From positions 1,039,440-1,103,439 of the forward strand of contig OZ244833.1 in NCBI GenBank assembly GCA_965220535.1: a stretch of DNA of 64,000 nucleotides, written 5' to 3'. This DNA is from Gammaproteobacteria bacterium (GTDB lineage Bacteria > Pseudomonadota > Gammaproteobacteria > HK1). Below the pieces are notes generated by a model that was not told where the DNA came from, did no database searches, and saw only the letters and a list, made by a program, of their open reading frames with translations. Positions within the stretch are counted from its first letter, which is position 1, and each line of letters begins with the position of its first letter. Below, piece by piece: positions 60,046 to 64,000 of the stretch. Position numbers and translations under genes: made by a program.

Positions 60046-61689
60046 ATGGAGATCTTGGACGGGCTGCTGCAAGGATTCCTCGTCGCCCTCGATCCGCTGA
60101 ATCTCATCCTCGTCATCATCGGGGTGACGATCGGCTTGTTCATCGGAGCGATGCCGGGCTTGGGCTCGGTCAACGGCGTGGCGATCCTGCTCCCGACCAC
60201 TTTCCTCGTACCGCCGACCTCGGCGATCATCTTTCTTGCCGCCATCTACTACGGCGCGATGTACGGCGGCGCCATCAGCTCGATCATGCTGGGCATCCCC
60301 GGGGCTTCGACCGCGGTCGCGACCACCTTCGACGGTCGCCCCATGGCCCTGCGCGGAGAGGCGGATCAAGCGCTGACGGCGGCCGCGGTGGCCTCCTTCA
60401 TCGGCGGCACCATCTCGGTGCTCCTGTTCACCGGCTTCGCTCCGCCGCTTGCCACCGTGGCTCTGGCCTTCGGCTCCCCCGAGGAATTCGCGCTGATGAT
60501 GCTGGCTTTCGCCACCTTCATCGGGCTCGGGGGGGACGATATCCCCAAGACCCTCTTTTCGATTTTCATCGGCTTGGCGTTGAGCGCGGTGGGCCTCGAC
60601 ATCATCAGCGGCGAGCCGCGGCTCATCTTTTTCGATATCCAAGGCTTCTTCCACGGCATCAACTTTCTCGTATTGGCCATCGGTATCTACGGTATCGGCG
60701 AGATGCTGTGGACCATCGAATCGAGCCGAGGCAAGGTCCAAGTCTCGAAAGCCACGGTCAGCGTCGAGCGTATTCTGACCGCTTTGCGCCGGACCAAAGA
60801 GGCGGTATCGGCCATCATCGCCGGATCCTTTCTCGGTTATTTCGTCGGCATCCTGCCGGCGGCGGGAGCGACTCCCGGCTCGATGATGGCCTACGGCGTC
60901 GCCAAGATGATATCGAAGAACCCCGCTTCTTTCGGCAAGGGGAATATCTCGGGGGTCGCCGCTCCGGAAGCGGCCAACAACGCCGCCAGCACCGGCTCGA
61001 TGCTGCCGATGCTGACACTGGGCATCCCCGGTTCGCCGACCACCGCCATCCTCTTGGGGGGGATGGTGATCTGGGGGCTCGAACCCGGGCCGCGGCTTTT
61101 CGTCGATCAAGCCGAGTTCGTCTGGGGGCTGATCGCCAGCCTCTATGTCGCCAACCTCTTCGCGGTTCTCGTGAACGTCGCTTTCATCCCGGCCTTTATC
61201 TGGGTACTGAAAATGCCCTTCACGATCCTCGCCCCTTGCATTTTCATCCTCTGCGTGGTCGGTGGCTATGCCCCCACTCAGAGCATGCACGATGTCTGGC
61301 TGATGTTCATTTTCGGCGTCACCGCCTACCTGCTGCGCAAACTCGACTATCCGATGGCTCCGGCGGTGCTGGCGATCGTTCTCGGGCCCTTGGCCGAAGT
61401 CTCGTTGCGCCAATCGCTGCTGATCGCCCACGGTTCGCCGATGATCTTTTTCGAACGCCCGATCGCGGCGACGATCATGGTGATCTCGTTCATCCTCTTC
61501 GCCCTGCCGGTATTCAAATACGTCAGGATCCGGATCCGGGAAAGCGACAGCAGCGGCGGCGTCCTGTTCGTATTCATCCCCCTTGTCCGCGTCGTCGGGG
61601 GGCTGGCCCGGGGGATCGAGAGAGTGTCCCGCAAGGTCAAGGTCGTTGCCGACGCCATCGAAAATCGAATCCGAAACCCTCGCCCCTAA
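60046..61689 (+). CDS. tctA: TctA family large membrane subunit
   Basis: GAMPGLG, YYGAMYGGAI, PGASTAVATTFDG, APEAANNA, LTLGIPGSPTTA and PMAPAVLAIVLGP. Confidence 0.93.
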   Translation: MEILDGLLQGFLVALDPLNLILVIIGVTIGLFIGAMPGLGSVNGVAILLPTTFLVPPTSAIIFLAAIYYGAMYGGAISSIMLGIPGASTAVATTFDGRPMALRGEADQALTAAAVASFIGGTISVLLFTGFAPPLATVALAFGSPEEFALMMLAFATFIGLGGDDIPKTLFSIFIGLALSAVGLDIISGEPRLIFFDIQGFFHGINFLVLAIGIYGIGEMLWTIESSRGKVQVSKATVSVERILTALRRTKEAVSAIIAGSFLGYFVGILPAAGATPGSMMAYGVAKMISKNPASFGKGNISGVAAPEAANNAASTGSMLPMLTLGIPGSPTTAILLGGMVIWGLEPGPRLFVDQAEFVWGLIASLYVANLFAVLVNVAFIPAFIWVLKMPFTILAPCIFILCVVGGYAPTQSMHDVWLMFIFGVTAYLLRKLDYPMAPAVLAIVLGPLAEVSLRQSLLIAHGSPMIFFERPIAATIMVISFILFALPVFKYVRIRIRESDSSGGVLFVFIPLVRVVGGLARGIERVSRKVKVVADAIENRIRNPRP

Positions 61690-61785
61690 GCGACGACACG
61701 ACCACATCCCATTCGCGTCCGGGCGCTCTAGCGCTCTAGCGCCCGAGCGCCGCCGGCGAATCACCTTTGACAAAGGAGTATCCCC

Positions 61786-63540
61786 ATGGCATCCGATACG
61801 ACCGAAGGGGTATCCGAATCGCGCACCGCCCATGACACGCTCGCGCAAAAGAGCCGGGAGGAAACGATCGTCTCCGGCGGCCATCTGGTGGCAAAGGCCC
61901 TCAAAAGCGAGGGCGTCGATACCATTTTCACCCTGTGCGGCGGGCATATCATCGATATCTACGACGGCTGCATCGACGAAGGAATCAAAGTGGTCGACGT
62001 ACGCCATGAACAAGTCGCGGCCCATGCGGCGGACGGCTACGCCCGTCAGACCGGAAGGCTCGGCTGCGTGGTCACGACCGCCGGCCCCGGTTGCACCAAC
62101 GCGGTGACCGGCATCGCCACCGCCTTTCGATCCGAAAGCCCGGTGCTGCATATCGGCGGACAGGCCGCTTCGAGCCAACACCGGATGGGCGGTTTGCAAG
62201 ATCTGCCGCATATCGACATGATGCGGCCGATCACCAAGTTCTCGTCGAGCGTCGCTTCCACCGAGCGGGTGGCGGATATGGTGGCCATGGCCGCCCGCGA
62301 ATGCTTTGCCGGATCCCCGGGACCGAGCTATTTGGAGATCCCCCGCGACGTTCTGGATCGCGAAGTGCCGCTCGAAAGCGCGGTCCTGCCCGATACCGGC
62401 AAATACCGGGCATCGATCCGCTCCGCCGGAGATCCGGCCGATATCGAGCGCTTGGCCGAGCTTCTGGTCCGTTCCGAGCGCCCCGCCATCCTTCTCGGCA
62501 CCCAAGTTTGGACCAGTCGCGGCCACGAGGAGGCGCTGGATCTCGTCCGTCGATTGAACCTGCCCGCCTACTTCAACGGCTCCGGTCGCGGGCTCCTTCC
62601 CCCGGGGGATCCCCATCACTTCCATCGCACCCGCGGGGACGCTTTCAAAAAAGCCGATGTGATCGTGATCGTCGGCACGCCCTTCGATTTCCGGATGGGC
62701 TATGGAAAACGACTGAGCCCCCAGGCCACCATCGTGCAGATCGATCTCGACTACCGCACCGTCGGCAAAAACCGCGATGTCGATCTCGGTATCGTCGGCG
62801 ACCCCGGGGCGGTACTCAAAGCGGTGGGCGATGCCGTCAGCGCCGGCAACGACAATCGCTCTTCGAGCCGCAGCGGCTGGCTCGAAGAGCTAAGGGCGCT
62901 CGAACTTGCCAAAACCGAGCGTTTGATGCCGATGTTCACCTCCGACAAAAGCCCGATCAGCCCCTATCGAGTGGCGTGGGAACTCAACGAATTCCTTCGC
63001 GACGACACGATCTATATCGGCGACGGCGGCGATGTCGTTACCATCTCGGCGCAGGCGGTGCAGCCGCGTCGTCCGGGGCATTGGATGGATCCCGGAGCCC
63101 TCGGATCGCTCGGGGTGGGAACCGGTTTCGCACTGGCTTCCAAACTCGTCCACCCCGACAAGGAGATCCTGTGCTACTACGGCGACGGCTCCTTCGGGAT
63201 GACCGCTTTCGACATGGAAACCGCCAATCGCTTCGGCGCCCCCTATATCGCGGTGATCGGCAACAACTCGGCGATGAACCAGATTCGCTACGGGCAGATC
63301 GCCAAATACGGAGAGAATCGGGGCGATATCGGCAACCTCTTGGGGGATATCCCCTTTTCGAAATTCGCCGAGATGCTCGGCGGCTACGGCGAGGAAGTCC
63401 ACGACGCCGCCGAGATCGCTCCGGCCTTGGAGCGGGCGCGAAAAGAAGTGCGAGAAAGCGGTCGCTCGGCGGTCGTCAATATCTGGGTCGATCCCGACGA
63501 ATACGCCCCCGGGACCAAAAACCAGACGATGTACAAATAA
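61786..63540 (+). CDS. Thiamine-diphosphate enzyme (ILVBL/2-hydroxyacyl-CoA lyase-like; candidate oxalyl-CoA decarboxylase)
   Basis: FTLCGGH, VRHEQVAAHAADGY, TAGPG, GSLGVG and TPP motif GDGSFG...GNN; immediately upstream of frc. Confidence 0.75.
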   Translation: MASDTTEGVSESRTAHDTLAQKSREETIVSGGHLVAKALKSEGVDTIFTLCGGHIIDIYDGCIDEGIKVVDVRHEQVAAHAADGYARQTGRLGCVVTTAGPGCTNAVTGIATAFRSESPVLHIGGQAASSQHRMGGLQDLPHIDMMRPITKFSSSVASTERVADMVAMAARECFAGSPGPSYLEIPRDVLDREVPLESAVLPDTGKYRASIRSAGDPADIERLAELLVRSERPAILLGTQVWTSRGHEEALDLVRRLNLPAYFNGSGRGLLPPGDPHHFHRTRGDAFKKADVIVIVGTPFDFRMGYGKRLSPQATIVQIDLDYRTVGKNRDVDLGIVGDPGAVLKAVGDAVSAGNDNRSSSRSGWLEELRALELAKTERLMPMFTSDKSPISPYRVAWELNEFLRDDTIYIGDGGDVVTISAQAVQPRRPGHWMDPGALGSLGVGTGFALASKLVHPDKEILCYYGDGSFGMTAFDMETANRFGAPYIAVIGNNSAMNQIRYGQIAKYGENRGDIGNLLGDIPFSKFAEMLGGYGEEVHDAAEIAPALERARKEVRESGRSAVVNIWVDPDEYAPGTKNQTMYK

Positions 63541-63696
63541 GGGCGGATTTAAGGGCGAATTCGACCCCGCCGCGTCGATCCCCCCTCGATAAGGATTCGA
63601 TCTGCAACGACGAGGGCGAGGGAATCGGGAAAGATCGTATCTTCCGCCGCATCCCCGCCCTTTTTAGACCCAAACCTCGACAGGGAAGAGATTTTC

Positions 63697-64000
63697 ATGA
63701 GCAAAGCACTCGAAGGAATTCGTATATTGGATATGACCCATGTCCAATCGGGACCGACCTGCACCCAACTGCTCGCCTGGTTCGGCGCCGACTGCATCAA
63801 GGTCGAAAGGCCGGGGGTCGGCGATGCCACCCGCGGGCAGCTGCGCGACATCCCCGAGGTCGATAGCCTTTATTTCACGATGCTCAACCACAACAAGCGC
63901 AGCATCACCCTCAACCCCAAAACCGAATACGGCCGGCGCATCTTCGAGCGCTTGATCGAAGAATGCGACGTCCTGGTCGAAAATTTCGCCCCGGGGGCGA
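63697..64000 (+). CDS. frc: Formyl-CoA transferase (5' part; runs off the right edge)
   Basis: Manual translation: [73 protein letters not shown]...VENFAPG, diagnostic of Frc. Confidence 0.93.
   Translation, partial: MSKALEGIRILDMTHVQSGPTCTQLLAWFGADCIKVERPGVGDATRGQLRDIPEVDSLYFTMLNHNKRSITLNPKTEYGRRIFERLIEECDVLVENFAPGA

Noticed and set aside
60025-62625. 866-aa minus-strand ORF
   Set aside because: It is the antisense of tctA and the TPP enzyme gene. It has no motifs, and such shadow ORFs are common throughout this GC-rich window.

Overview
A 64-kb, GC-rich bacterial chromosome segment. mutS, htpG with a sigma-32 promoter, prmB, rph-rdgB, etfAB and hisF are consistent with a gammaproteobacterium. 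A long secreted ankyrin protein and signs of gene decay suggest a host-associated (for example sponge) symbiont, but this is inference. Most of the window is housekeeping or metabolic: Moco genes, a TRAP transporter, malonyl-CoA decarboxylase, PHA synthase, 2-oxoacid oxidoreductase, a mesaconyl-CoA transferase homologue, a CbiX-SUMT fusion, IorAB, and a TctCBA-TPP enzyme-frc operon that is probably oxalate related. Single accessory genes are interspersed: an orphan and apparently decaying MAD3/MAD4-like pair, a DUF4011 helicase-nuclease (Hhe-like), a phage-type SF2 helicase with about 470 aa of unrecognised C-terminus, an archaeal-type ThrRS editing domain, an IS remnant and a 161/163-bp tandem repeat. 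Two patterns run across the whole window: strong over-representation of TCGA/CGATCG words, and repeated short tandem duplications at gene 3' ends. I found no rRNA, tRNA or CRISPR array. All family calls come from motif recognition by eye; no database search was run.
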